Shown: positions 21,101-28,252, counted from the first letter of the stretch. The stretch: 52,193 nucleotides of DNA from a virus (IMGVR_UViG_3300027863_000004:1-52193), one strand, 5' to 3'. Notes: generated from the sequence alone by a model not told the origin. Numbers and translations: made by a program.

Positions 21101-23252
21101 TGCAGCACATGCAGCGGCTTACTTCTCAGCAGAGCTACCTGCAGTTGCAGTTCAAGACATGTTCATCAAGAAGCTTTTGAAGGGCGCGAGCAATATTCGT
21201 GATGAAGGGCTTAAGAGGCAATATCTTGAATTAGCTGATGAGATTAAGAATGTGGCATTCCAACAGGCTGGCTATCGCCCATTCTATGAAGTTGGACCGA
21301 TGTGGTCTCGTTGGGTTACGCGTGTTACTGACTTCTTACACTCCTTAGCTGGCAAGATAATCGTTCCACTTAGACCGTTAATTCTTCTCAAAAACCTTGT
21401 ATTCTCGTGGTCGCCATATTTCCTCATCAATCCTTCTGAGCCAACTTGGAAGAAGATAAAATATCTCCTTCATGGCGCGTGGTTTACCATAGCAGACCCA
21501 GAGTTTAGGAAATTCGTCATCTCCAACCCAGCAATTTCCGAGATTTCGCTTGATGTTCTATATGGCTTATATGCAGGCTTTCTGAAGGCAGCGCCACAAG
21601 GGCTTTCAGAGAATGAGCGTGCAAGGTGGGCATTAGGCAAGCTTGAAGAGATAGCGCGCAATCCAAGTGCAGCGCTTGAGACGCTGTTTAAAGTTATACC
21701 AACAGCAGGAGAATACTTGTTCAAGATAGCAGACGCGGTTCCTCGCATAGTTATTTTTGCAGCTGAATACATGAAGGGGCTTAATGAAGGTTTGCCACAT
21801 GAAGTTGCCTTATCAAGAGCCAATACTACCTCGTTGATGGCACAAGCGCCATTAGTTTCAGGTGGCATTCCATACGCGTTATCACAATACCCGCCAGGCA
21901 TTAGGGAGTTATTGCGTGCTATTACATTCTTCCAGAGCTATGGTTTGAACAAGGCATTTTTGACACTAAACACATTCAAAGCAATTTCCAAAGCGCCTCC
22001 AAGGGAGAAGCTATGGATGACGCTTAACCTTGGGCTTGCATATACTATTGATTTCCTTGTGGCATTTGGGATTGCAACGCTACTATCGCGAAATTCAGAA
22101 GATGTAAAGAAGCTGCTTGTGCGTTCTCTTTTGTTGGATGTCATTCCACCAGTTATAGGAGATGCTTTGTATCGTGTCTATCGTGTTGGTGAGCGTTGGG
22201 AGCCGACAAAGACACTGAGAGTAGTTACGCGAGACCTTGAAACTGGTGCAGTTAAGAAGAAGTGGGATGAAATTGTAGCCGAGTATTTACAGACGGGCAT
22301 GGAAGCGCTACAAGCATTTGCAGGATGGTTTCCTCGTTCAACTGAATGGGGGCGTGGCACAATAGGTGCTCCACTATCAATGCCAGCGTTGGACATTTTA
22401 GGTGACTTAATCACTAACGTCCATGATGCTATTGGGTTTATGGCACACACATCACAGACATGGGAACAATTAAAGAAGCGTTATCCAGATGTTGGTGATT
22501 TAGTAACAGCTATGAAGCTTGTGTATCAAGACCCACTTGCAACAGCAATTGGTGGTGATAGGGTAGTTCAAGACTGGCATGCGCTTTCAATACTCCTTCA
22601 CATCCTTAGCAGGGCTGCGGGCACTGTTGCACCAGTGCCAGAATTTCCAGTTGTGCCAGAGACAGTCGCAAATGCACTTCGTGGCTATCTTGACATGCGT
22701 GTTGTCAATGAGCTTACACCGCGATATAACAAGGAATTTCTTGATGACATAAGCAAGTTCTCAAAGGCATACTTAGGTATCAAAGAGCTATTCCATGTTT
22801 TCAGGGGTTCACCTATGTTTGGCAAGCAATTAGTTTACTCTCACATCATTCACCAAAAAGGCTTCCAAGATGATGTCAAGCATCTTACATTGCTCAAGCT
22901 TATTCCAGACCCAGACCAGAAAGAAGTTTCACCGCAATTTGCTCTATCTACAATTTATGAGCTATTTGACCTTGCGTTGACACAGCCAGAAGTGAGAAGG
23001 TTTATCATCAAGTATAAAAACAGCGTTCTTGGTGAGAGGTTAAGGAAGTATGCGAGGTTAGCTGAACAAATAAGGAGCAAGCATGGTAAACCAATTTACA
23101 CGGAGCAGATGTTTGATGAAGCGATGAGAGCCATTGAAATATTAGCTTCTGAAGATGAAAAGAAAAGGAAAGAGGCGCAGCTAAAAGAACAAGCTCAAGG
23201 AATATTTCCTCTTCCAGCTACGCTAAAGGGAACGGGTGGTGAGAAGCAATGA
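9168..23252 (+). CDS. Giant (4694 aa) putative internal virion/ejection protein
   Basis: Uninterrupted 14-kb ORF at the end of the ejection-gene block. It is Glu/Lys/Ala-rich with only about four Cys, has hydrophobic Gly/Ala segments near the N-terminus, and its C-terminal region (ADAVPR...AITFFQSY) resembles the C-termini of large phage ejection/polyvalent proteins. Confidence 0.7.
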   Translation: MPSLDDIKELRKHSLFSITSPNQAKRYVAALNYLRWLYRDYNGDVYRVAQEISGQSKLWDSTGVAIGLYQWLNAPLATDPKTKKPTRLLYEDLVACREFLDQLANSPEQRQKSLKNTIVQVGGVPYSGMRVAQYMAAIARAIDYYLTMTDDPSLKELKQKWNAYLSSNKYGKQILTPGLWEDKKIGDLLVTANTLFSYFAPIVNHSISVTKRIAPILERSHQGVSKDNKNALTGLVTIGIVSALGGLHGSMFSSVPLNVQTWETFKKEAQQTHKAIVSQLKTPQEVIKSFWSNVFKQVSHRDYTVIGGLKELGQEVYRYNYQEMFEPNEKILPPELKHRVSDTEKELFGFTRSFTASFAGWAARGFRYARGLIKIGPETYAWIDIPISEVPFVENRKKRTWERVGEWSGATTAILRDIAITWGASALARGAVAGVGMLSKLVGASGIAGKMFTESEKIAKFGEAASKALTALRSTKIGEHLIHLAPFSSVVGAEHAIEVFKDESNARKAVLEGIKSAGLTEMQVLLMQAAGAPAARFVARHLERIPKLAPREVMVGLGTAAATRLKIQNPFVTMLRTGIEFGVGAPAVGIAFDTYRTIREGEYKQLPSVIWEHVKEAPSEFLRGLTVHFPHFFGEAEAYREAGRPPTLPTTPPTPPAPPAPQPPTPQPPAPQPQAQQPPTAPPGAPQPQTLRERMEAIRQRAQELRQADDMMRQAEELLRQGKAVEAEQLRKQAEQIRAKYPPSPVEEPRVRKVEITFGEWRTAPRGPASKMLSEELAKEPDPLSIAARARVRMSKFVDATVNVDATPLEVAQKDRSFEKERGVLRKQREQAISLLSTFYRRLGMSEDMARLLAQEVVDINIANSLAESGLDLKKGLDVPDYLQQEAKGLAGGDAEAQKQFISKLREGFSKASQRLDTVTGLLTPMMTGVADKDIALHFSHPELLRFSMQHPLWQAAGDIVTASRPAIEDLTVTLNEPGTWNKRPRVEISANISARNRAAVDEAINEVVRKYRMQPEQANALRVMAHALYEASPFGDIDVLRRAGLYAADEAWSILGTVNNDAELRSVAFSHPDLVVPLLMRDEAQLTATIKARVVRYLESLKPHEDFKVPEEDINALAASVAKALLNPPVPYLRMRPQDARSKIEKWISEELIPEQLAIDVIKVMGKVTPEEVKKGLADKAIISLLDTFDMAAGLEKPEYALAAGYYRALLSSRLMSKERARQHMLNLLRGGVEKALTKFAQEPPSELSEFFGTLTKLDDALVKLVTEKSLDANDTVVEALEALQKNIGDADAWGVIVGDELASLIAKHKSSPVLRYRAERVVNAARSVVGRKLVENIFGFIEAPFEEYKGAAQKLTEELATGEVSDETRSSYDQAVSKLNELTTTLVTLIKGEKIHGDLARLLNMYNRVAGKVTYNEAMLYLSRHLENLQLLGAMEQQLAKETLSHFANVAVDEALSSLKVEETAKKEKKAKEKKIPSILQLEQILPQQLYRVLPSLEERLYLVHEEIKRRLLEDENLSRLTLKGMSPDTIDDYLMGRLLYTLGIQPNERTLGNYWRSLPESARGAMLDGYIDAQTGRAREFMRIVRELAVIPERAIMPAVIVTPPPTPAAGAFLPPEQPIRALPLPGQPRGVTFVPTAPATTPPYGIRELPPVSEVEGKPTEMPSIKEPSPEERIEVSRLEPITEPPKRERGEIEVEDFVISVKGTPKKVYVSIEPWGLLRPRFDVWGLRKERDQAVGEKDVVPVVAFPSSEVVLNSVFATAYSDEKWSDLDRARRQETKTVLLETYKKWSEVTSGEISDMMEFWYQVFKATNINLAEEGRYVPLGDQASQLVRQWIEEAEAGKNTKGAKIVNQFGLERVKRWVEYETRAFIFPPVLRAEITEKEGFAFTYDLPESLGYFPIIRRPSEEAERSAETAPGMQVAQTVKGSEPVPPKAEPPTSKEEEREQRRRRIAESLLSALEEESQPGGWLGGRERLRLSREIKVLEERLSKARSILNRLRVKGEDWKIPILEKIEQRLQEKIERRKARLARAEELREARKELYEAFSRLVKTVGKEKVASDADAVLRNPYYSMPFALAHEFIKSTGLPLTRDAEQLATAINEAKISGAMTHTVDACISALFRMRTSHRVFVLLSLVDPEEFERVASTKHVSSLPKALTAEREVPSEPTSIAELILSGPFNIETATPSEIAERLALELYHIALETTQSYSHLLTSSARKALTKIIYKVLLYSARYPRVTEQNTKEALKLWRTLMYGTEELPLEEKGLKDLEYKAFMGINTINSYLNNAIVITLPTILRTRPRPRAERATKEPREEEVKVDLSKYRFVAPEGAIVEEEAPVEEGKVVEEIAAALREPLPEEVEEGEVVGEGREIEEEIEEEVEKEGEAKAPPKTAAALLTYDKVVERARRRIVSEKFEKQLIKLYKMRKLGKLVSIFTIREGTPVPVKERVRPMSFGEALEAFDETMATVVARHLVGKASPSSNVYRWATTRYEGALKVIPFVGAEHPEEFKNLGFVVSGLAAFREAVEHPMVLSEKKRWASTTTSLEELREKAEEAMEEGEEVEELPIRDLITMIYMPDVEGMAADIIPRSMITAIDKRTERVIETTDKLLTAPFSDIAKAALIFGLHEPYEVKIEEVGETAKLPSLIGAIWRGRNMSEAYALSAIEVMEEYAGKPIGNAFAKVSEILQSWNAIMQAGGEQAHFWGKIALIRRDISSLEDVLTELRKAAEKAPHELPEGVTFEEFASVVDQALRHLHNQRMAIEASLSSFPIVNKVAMTFSELSRKLREDEKLKEMANTCREVADLEDEKAILEKEKEITEFALTIIGAFKDSLRFFDKGKEFAIQYLSYIAYQNLPHLSLGEVYTPLHNAWVYKTVVREGELTDVEEEAKRRAIKAAKIKLGAEVFAAIADHLQKHTASYEAILRMCVGAVSRRAEEYTAPLSVTEVEVDYGKGRLSVLGIDVSNSLIALRQSLERYFRDTGKAPTEATYQYLGKVIENMLHTTVVQLTAQTATEITKEGANPRNIIIRYLDELKERVKDFSYESYRKNRPLYFYLQTLDGILDIIKEHVKEGKVSDDVLKALFGVYNLHVQLKSLPIPREEKERILGELATRVEELSSLAVRDEALQALMTDFNNLLAIQETLSVMGRRIGEALQKGEVVNLLKSLEEKKAEVKEAEAKEAEAKKAAEEVEEAAKPKKKYTYAATLTFNLRGLPEVRVDLSRLYDVSGHEPIRALSGEVFRAIGENKALYVSRDALTDYAKTLKTVADFAFKSAQVEGDEEAIDKARYFGEYVDALVRTLEKLPMDNIILRVERPGEITERVEKAREYMETAERVGAKTEAREIYEQLSRRIYIPTELYEVAQEAVRKVIGKEEFEKEIQEKEKALQRKKEELEEILEDLESRAKRSKSKELMERLEQARAEYERVNAALERIPKLREVLTELASKELPELSQLPLLLRHLHERPPEPMPEEEPTTGVVNLGVLPFLPITTDALQSMINHTALAQWHDLLTSGVQGIITGVIATYYAPRALHEFLKLFPSYNNYVRNIHNLIERPPAPRSKIEEVMARLMHGERIDESELRFTLDYLLKDIEEGKIKFEIPTGLYKMSNPLTRTQLVFQEIGKQIAQNIGADPEVVTTFLYQALIGNGIAARRKARTDLAPRLFGYFAAAEHALMGGKNPEALRGIERVKNIVERWWTRATNPVLKIKWQLWHENLRNVFDAIHQEIVGTKLSDELLADYNEKLTRAIVEEFDRLDASGSKNPAEDVLNLDIVDVLAKIHNVSRRSVEDALMRLGYYQGVIRLREIMNVLSFDYNAKRLNGQTEKVTVNITPDELQRFKTASVYYLVGSYKIFDLYNDAVTRFSSYEDIRPKITHLSFWAPHFWDTSFSGLIKLWSLERLASITRSPDAKILRYAIEGRRAVARQIKQIESEPTTVEAALRLLATRHAPYFEVERRVLEGYLGWEDPFTSALRAAHAAAYFSAELPAVAVQDMFIKKLLKGASNIRDEGLKRQYLELADEIKNVAFQQAGYRPFYEVGPMWSRWVTRVTDFLHSLAGKIIVPLRPLILLKNLVFSWSPYFLINPSEPTWKKIKYLLHGAWFTIADPEFRKFVISNPAISEISLDVLYGLYAGFLKAAPQGLSENERARWALGKLEEIARNPSAALETLFKVIPTAGEYLFKIADAVPRIVIFAAEYMKGLNEGLPHEVALSRANTTSLMAQAPLVSGGIPYALSQYPPGIRELLRAITFFQSYGLNKAFLTLNTFKAISKAPPREKLWMTLNLGLAYTIDFLVAFGIATLLSRNSEDVKKLLVRSLLLDVIPPVIGDALYRVYRVGERWEPTKTLRVVTRDLETGAVKKKWDEIVAEYLQTGMEALQAFAGWFPRSTEWGRGTIGAPLSMPALDILGDLITNVHDAIGFMAHTSQTWEQLKKRYPDVGDLVTAMKLVYQDPLATAIGGDRVVQDWHALSILLHILSRAAGTVAPVPEFPVVPETVANALRGYLDMRVVNELTPRYNKEFLDDISKFSKAYLGIKELFHVFRGSPMFGKQLVYSHIIHQKGFQDDVKHLTLLKLIPDPDQKEVSPQFALSTIYELFDLALTQPEVRRFIIKYKNSVLGERLRKYARLAEQIRSKHGKPIYTEQMFDEAMRAIEILASEDEKKRKEAQLKEQAQGIFPLPATLKGTGGEKQ

Positions 23253-24706
23253 AGTTTTGTCTCATCACAAAAAGCGGTCCAGGCTTACCATTGCTTTTGC
23301 GTTTAAGAGATGAAGGGCATCAAGTTGCAGCTGTCATAATGTCAAAGTCGTGCAAGCATTTGTATGATGGTTTAGTGCCAAAGTTTGACAAAGTGCCCGA
23401 TGACTTTGATGTGTATTTTAGTGATGAAACTGGTTTATCCAAGGTGATGGAAGACCTTCGCAAGTCTGGCAAGAAGGTTTTCAATGGCACAGCGCTTGGT
23501 GATAGAGCGGAAGAAGATAGGCATTTTGGGTTGGCGATGGCATTGGCATCGGGCATCCGTGTGCCATACACACGCGTGTTCAAGGATGTGAACGAGGCAG
23601 TAGATTACATCATCAAGCACAACAGGAAGGTTGTCATCAAGCTTTCGGGCAGAGTTGCATGTGCATCATCGTATGTGGCACAAAACCCAGAAGCTGCAGC
23701 GCGTTGGCTTATGAGGCAACAGGAGGCGGGTTACCTGGTTGATGCCAAGTCATTCATTGTTCAAGACTTTGTTCCAGGGCACGAGATAAGCACGGAAGTG
23801 TGGTATTCCAATGGCAAGCCAATACCTGGCTCAGTTAACTACACAGTTGAGACGAAGAAGTTTGCGCCTGGTGATTTGGGACCGAACACGGGTTGTCAAA
23901 CTTCAATTGTGTTTGCTGCAGGAGCAGATGATTTACTTGTTCAAGAGACACACAAGAAGGTTGCACCGATGTTTGCAGCTGCAAATGAAAGTGGTGCATG
24001 GGATGCGAACACGATAGTGAGCCATAGGAGTGGCAATCCATTCTTCCTTGAGTGGTGTGGTAGCAGGTTTGGCTACAATGCAATCTTTTGTTTGCTCATG
24101 TTGATGGGGCGCACACAGGAGTTTGGTGAGGTGCTTTACAAAGCTGCGGCTGGAGAAGAAGTTGTGATGAACTTAAGGAAGGGGTATGGGTTTGCAATTA
24201 GAGTATCCATACCACCGTATCCGCTTGAAGGCAGTGACACAGTTTCACAAGAAGTTGAGAAGCTCTACGAAGTGTTTGCCAAAGATGTGTATGTTGAATT
24301 TCCAGACACACCAGAGGATGTAGAAATCTTTCCAATGGATGTTTACATCAAAAATGGTGAGCTTCGTTGTGCAGGCACAGATGCAATCATTTGTGAAGTT
24401 GCATCATTTGGTGAGACGATAGCTGAAGCAAGAGATAAAGCGCTTGAAGTTGCACAGAAGATAAAGTGTGACAGTGACATCTACTACAGAGCAGAAGATG
24501 CAACAGAGCGTGCAGAGAAAGTCATACCAAACCTTGCATCGCGTGGTATAATTACAGCACCAGGATATAGCGAGCAACCAGAGCCTGAAGAGGCTACAAA
24601 GAAAGACTTGAAAGGGGTTAGACAAATGCGAACACCGCGTGGCATAATAAAAGTGGACAAGTTAACATTTGGAGATGAAGGAGATGAGGGTGATGAAGGT
24701 GATTGA
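23249..24706 (+). CDS. PurD (GAR synthetase)-like ATP-grasp ligase
   Basis: EEDRHFG...GIRVP, VVIK, IVQDFVPGHEIS, ETKK...GDLGPNTG and LEWCGSRFG match PurD-type ATP-grasp motifs. The N-terminus diverges from the PurD GxGGRE loop. Confidence 0.85.
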   Translation: MKFCLITKSGPGLPLLLRLRDEGHQVAAVIMSKSCKHLYDGLVPKFDKVPDDFDVYFSDETGLSKVMEDLRKSGKKVFNGTALGDRAEEDRHFGLAMALASGIRVPYTRVFKDVNEAVDYIIKHNRKVVIKLSGRVACASSYVAQNPEAAARWLMRQQEAGYLVDAKSFIVQDFVPGHEISTEVWYSNGKPIPGSVNYTVETKKFAPGDLGPNTGCQTSIVFAAGADDLLVQETHKKVAPMFAAANESGAWDANTIVSHRSGNPFFLEWCGSRFGYNAIFCLLMLMGRTQEFGEVLYKAAAGEEVVMNLRKGYGFAIRVSIPPYPLEGSDTVSQEVEKLYEVFAKDVYVEFPDTPEDVEIFPMDVYIKNGELRCAGTDAIICEVASFGETIAEARDKALEVAQKIKCDSDIYYRAEDATERAEKVIPNLASRGIITAPGYSEQPEPEEATKKDLKGVRQMRTPRGIIKVDKLTFGDEGDEGDEGD

Positions 24707-25184
24707 AAAGCCATCACCAAATCAAAGTGAAAGATTACTTGGTAGTGTTACGAATGTGATAGTTCTTCACACCACAGAAGGCGATGCAAAAGGAGCATTA
24801 TCATGGCTGACAAACCCCGAGAGCAAAGTTAGCGCTCACTTTCTGGTTACACGCGATGGAACAATCTACAAACTTGTTCCCACCACAAGAAAGGCGTGGC
24901 ATGCAGGTAAGAGCAGGCTTGGTGTATGCAATCAAGTGAACAACATTTCAATTGGCATTGAGATTGAGAGTTATGAAGGAGCGCGTGATTATCCAGATAA
25001 GCAACTTGAGGCGCTTGCGTGGCTCATATGGCAAATCATGAAGAACAATCCAACACCGATTTCCACAATCACTACACACAAAGACATTAGCATTGCAGGC
25101 AAACAAGACCCTGTTGACTTTCCCTACTTGCGGTTCTGGAAAATATTCGCTAAAGTTGTGTGTAGAGAGGAGGGCATTAAGTGA
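24693..25184 (+). CDS. N-acetylmuramoyl-L-alanine amidase (Amidase_2) endolysin
   Basis: IVLHTTEG, VSAHF, AWHAG, SIGIEIE and H...K.DP zinc-amidase motifs. Confidence 0.92.
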   Translation: MKVIEKPSPNQSERLLGSVTNVIVLHTTEGDAKGALSWLTNPESKVSAHFLVTRDGTIYKLVPTTRKAWHAGKSRLGVCNQVNNISIGIEIESYEGARDYPDKQLEALAWLIWQIMKNNPTPISTITTHKDISIAGKQDPVDFPYLRFWKIFAKVVCREEGIK

Positions 25185-25984
25185 AGAAGTCAAAAGAAAC
25201 ACTCGTTGCCCTGATTAGCGATACACACATTGGTAAACTTACGTCCTCGTTCAATGTGGAGAGGGCACGCAAGATGATGGAGCGATGGATGGACAAGATA
25301 CTGCGCATCAAGGAGCTGCTTGGCAGTGGATACATCTTTGATGAATTAGTGGTGGCATCACTTGGAGACATCAATGATGGCACAGAGATTTATGCCACGC
25401 AACCACATCATCAAGCCATCACGAATGTCCTCTTACAGGCAGAAGTTGCAGCTGACATCATTGCCACACAGATAAAGCGCGCCCATGAGCATTTTAAGAA
25501 CATTACCTTTGTAGGTGTAGCAGGCAATCATGGGCGTGCTGGCAAGAGGGCGCATGAGGCAGCCAACTGGGACATTGCGACATATAAGTTCATGAAGGCG
25601 ATGCTACCCAAAACGAGGGTTGTGATAAATGAGCATGATGATTTTTTGATGGTGCACAAAGTTAAGGGGCATGGGTTACTACTTTACCATGGGCATTACA
25701 TTAGGATGTATGCGCAAGTTCCTTGGTATGGGATAATCACCAAAGTGTTGAAATGGGCGCAAAGTGTGAGGGATGGATGGCGCGTGGCATGTTTTGGTCA
25801 TTTTCATAGTTGTGGATACACGCAGTTAAATGGCATAGACATATTTTTGAATGGGACGCTTGTGACGGATGATTTGTATCCGATGATGACGCTTGGTTTG
25901 TTGTCGTCAAACAAATGGTGGTTGTTTGGCGTATCAGAGAGGCATCCAACGACGTTCAAGTTTGACGTAGACCTTGAGCGCTAA
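25181..25984 (+). CDS. Calcineurin-like metallophosphoesterase
   Basis: SDTHIG, LGDIND, GNHG, YHGH and GHFH motifs. Confidence 0.9.
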   Translation: MKKSKETLVALISDTHIGKLTSSFNVERARKMMERWMDKILRIKELLGSGYIFDELVVASLGDINDGTEIYATQPHHQAITNVLLQAEVAADIIATQIKRAHEHFKNITFVGVAGNHGRAGKRAHEAANWDIATYKFMKAMLPKTRVVINEHDDFLMVHKVKGHGLLLYHGHYIRMYAQVPWYGIITKVLKWAQSVRDGWRVACFGHFHSCGYTQLNGIDIFLNGTLVTDDLYPMMTLGLLSSNKWWLFGVSERHPTTFKFDVDLER

Positions 25985-25995
25985 AATCCAGCTGA

Positions 25996-26024
25996 TTGAA
26001 TTTGCATGCAACATATTATATGGA
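25996..26024 (+). promoter_or_regulatory. Promoter-like motif TTGAAT-N17-TATGGA
   Basis: Shares TTGAAWTTGCAWGCA...TATGG with 29922 and 38943; lies in the intergenic gap before the middle block. Confidence 0.6.
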
Positions 26025-26056
26025 GAGCACACACATCACCACCTGAAAGGAGAGTG

Positions 26057-26509
26057 ATGGGCATGTCAGCCTATGATGAGATGATAAAAAAGCTATTTAA
26101 AGGGGATTATGAATGGGCTATGACTATTTCTGAGATGAGGAAGAAGATTGCTTCCTACATTCAAGAAGGTTTAGAGCGCGAGTATAGCTTTGTCATTCAA
26201 GTCACTCCAGACATTGAGCTTCACATTGATTTTTGCCCATATTCATCCAAAAGCAATGAAGTTCACTTCCACATCTATGTCTATCACACAACCTATGGAC
26301 AGCAGAGGTATTACTCATTGGAGAGGTTACCAGTGCAGATGAGGCTTCCAGTGATGCGTGCATTGTATGAGTTTTTTGCAAGCAAGAAGAAGGAAATGGA
26401 CGAGTGTAAGGAAGCTCAAGGGCTTGCCAGGGAGCTACTTGCACTCGTTGATGAAGATGTAGTGAAATACATCCTAAGGGAGGTGCTCAAGGATGAGCAA
26501 CAACAATAA
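26057..26509 (+). CDS. Hypothetical protein
   Basis: ORF with SD AAAGGAG before ATG 26057. Confidence 0.65.
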   Translation: MGMSAYDEMIKKLFKGDYEWAMTISEMRKKIASYIQEGLEREYSFVIQVTPDIELHIDFCPYSSKSNEVHFHIYVYHTTYGQQRYYSLERLPVQMRLPVMRALYEFFASKKKEMDECKEAQGLARELLALVDEDVVKYILREVLKDEQQQ

Positions 26510-26963
26510 TGCGTGTGCTGACATAAAGTGCAATGAAGTAATAGGACGAGTTGCAGCCATCTTGCACAGGGCACTTAAGGATGATGGAGAGAAGAAGTTT
26601 GTCTTTGACTTAGGCACTGTTGATGGCGTGAGGAAGATTGTAGGCATAGGTGTCTACTCCTTCTGTGAGTGGGTAAGGCGTGCAATCAAAGACACTCTGC
26701 AAGTGGAGCAACTTTCAAGCGCGTTTGAAAGGCTTGCAGATGCATTAGGCGTCACAGCATATGTTGCGCGAGATGTCATTGTTGAAGAAGTCAATATCCC
26801 TCTCACAGAAGAAGAAGCAGAAGTTGCAATGCGCTACTCAGTCTTGTGGATTGCTGCGGTCATAATTGGCTTGAAGTATCTTGACGAATTGCCTGGGGGT
26901 GATGACAATGACAAGGTATCACAAGGGACGGAGACTGGAGTATCGGGTGAAGAAGCTGTTTGA
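26493..26963 (+). CDS. Hypothetical protein
   Basis: ORF with SD GGAGGTG, overlapping its neighbours. Confidence 0.6.
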   Translation: MSNNNNACADIKCNEVIGRVAAILHRALKDDGEKKFVFDLGTVDGVRKIVGIGVYSFCEWVRRAIKDTLQVEQLSSAFERLADALGVTAYVARDVIVEEVNIPLTEEEAEVAMRYSVLWIAAVIIGLKYLDELPGGDDNDKVSQGTETGVSGEEAV

Positions 26964-27192
26964 AAGTCAAGGCTACTTTGTCATTCGCTCCTCAGGAAGT
27001 CACACTCCAGTTGACATTGTCGCCATCAACAAAGATGAAGTTGTGTTAATACAATGTTGCACCAAGAAGGACAAGAAGCGTAAAGCTCATGAGCTATCAC
27101 AAGTAGTGTCGCCAAAATGCGTGCGGAAGATGGTATTCTATCTTGACAAACAAAGAAGAAGGAGGGTGATGTTAAGTGAGCAAGTGGATTAA
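26908..27192 (+). CDS. hjc: Hjc-type (PD-(D/E)xK) Holliday junction resolvase
   Basis: KGRRLEYRVKKLFESQGYFVIRSSGS..PVDIVA....VVLIQC matches the archaeal-type Hjc pattern. Confidence 0.8.
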   Translation: MTRYHKGRRLEYRVKKLFESQGYFVIRSSGSHTPVDIVAINKDEVVLIQCCTKKDKKRKAHELSQVVSPKCVRKMVFYLDKQRRRRVMLSEQVD

Positions 27193-28252
27193 CTTCCCAA
27201 AGTGGTGTGCGCGTCGTCTTGAGTGGTATCTCAAGGACGAGCGAGTTGTCAAGGTTCTAAAAGTCTTATGGGAGAGCACATATGAGTGTGGTGATGGTTA
27301 CTTGCGTGTTCCTTTGTCAATTAGAGAGATAGCGAGGCGTGCTGGCTTGCATATGGAGACAGTTCGTCGTCTCCTTGGGCGCAACCCACGATATAGGGCA
27401 CGCCTTGCCTACCTAACCATTCAATATGCCTATGATGGGACTAATACCCTTGGTGTCACTCTCTCACCGCTTGGAGAGGCGGTAGCAGAGGCGCTTGCAT
27501 CAGGACAGACCTTGACCTATGCAGAGCTTTACAAGCTCATCAAGTTTTTCAAGGTTCATCCCCTGACACTACATATTTTGTGTTATAGGTTTAATCCTTT
27601 CCATAGAAGTAGTTCCGTAGATAATAAAGAAAGTTCTAACTCTAACGGAGTGCGCGCAAACAGCACGCGCAAAGAAAATCTTGTTCTTTTAGATGAGAAA
27701 AGGCTTCTTTATAGGGAACTGGTAGAAATTGCAGGAAAAAGGTTGACACACAAGGAGTTTTCCACCTGTTGGGGCATATGGAGAATGCTACGGAAGAAGG
27801 GTTTCTATGCTGAAGAGATTTTCTACTTCATCAGGCAAGCACTTGATGTAGTGTCACCTAATTGCCGCAATATACCCACGACTGTTATGAAAACATGCGC
27901 GAAACTTGCAATTAGCAACATGCCATCTCTAAAAGCAATTAGAGCAGAGAAGGTGAAGAGGGCTAAAACTGACAAAGAGGCACTGAAAGAGACAATCAAG
28001 AGGGTGCGTGAGAAGATACAGCTCTTAGAGCAAAAGACTGAACCAGAGAAGAAGGAGCAGTGTTCTCGCTGTGGTGTCATTGAAGTGTGTCGTGTCTTTG
28101 AGCTTGCTCGCTATGCGTTGCCTAACCCACCTGCTGCATACCGAGAGTGTATTGCTTACATGGGCAAGAAAGTATGTAACCAGTGCTTCACCGAGCTTAG
28201 GAAAATTGAAGCTCGATGCTGGTTGGAAAGACTGCAACAGGAGGGCGATTAA
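27176..28252 (+). CDS. HTH and C-terminal Zn-finger protein, putative replication initiator
   Basis: HTH LSIREIARRAGLHMETVRRLL, a Ser/Asn low-complexity linker over AT-rich DNA, and CSRC...CNQC. Confidence 0.45.
   Translation: MSKWINFPKWCARRLEWYLKDERVVKVLKVLWESTYECGDGYLRVPLSIREIARRAGLHMETVRRLLGRNPRYRARLAYLTIQYAYDGTNTLGVTLSPLGEAVAEALASGQTLTYAELYKLIKFFKVHPLTLHILCYRFNPFHRSSSVDNKESSNSNGVRANSTRKENLVLLDEKRLLYRELVEIAGKRLTHKEFSTCWGIWRMLRKKGFYAEEIFYFIRQALDVVSPNCRNIPTTVMKTCAKLAISNMPSLKAIRAEKVKRAKTDKEALKETIKRVREKIQLLEQKTEPEKKEQCSRCGVIEVCRVFELARYALPNPPAAYRECIAYMGKKVCNQCFTELRKIEARCWLERLQQEGD

Noticed and set aside
10304-22450. Numerous minus-strand ORFs within the giant gene
   Set aside because: Shadow ORFs from codon bias, with Ser/Leu/Phe-rich translations and no motifs.
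9168-23252. N4-like or crAss-like virion RNA polymerase
   Set aside because: No DxDGD/DFDID or Rx3Kx7YG motif found by eye; the near match KLWRTLMYG has the wrong spacing. Not excluded structurally.
23249-24706. Bona fide purD auxiliary metabolic gene
   Set aside because: Divergent substrate-binding N-terminus and a structural-operon context with no other pur genes, so no gene symbol was assigned.
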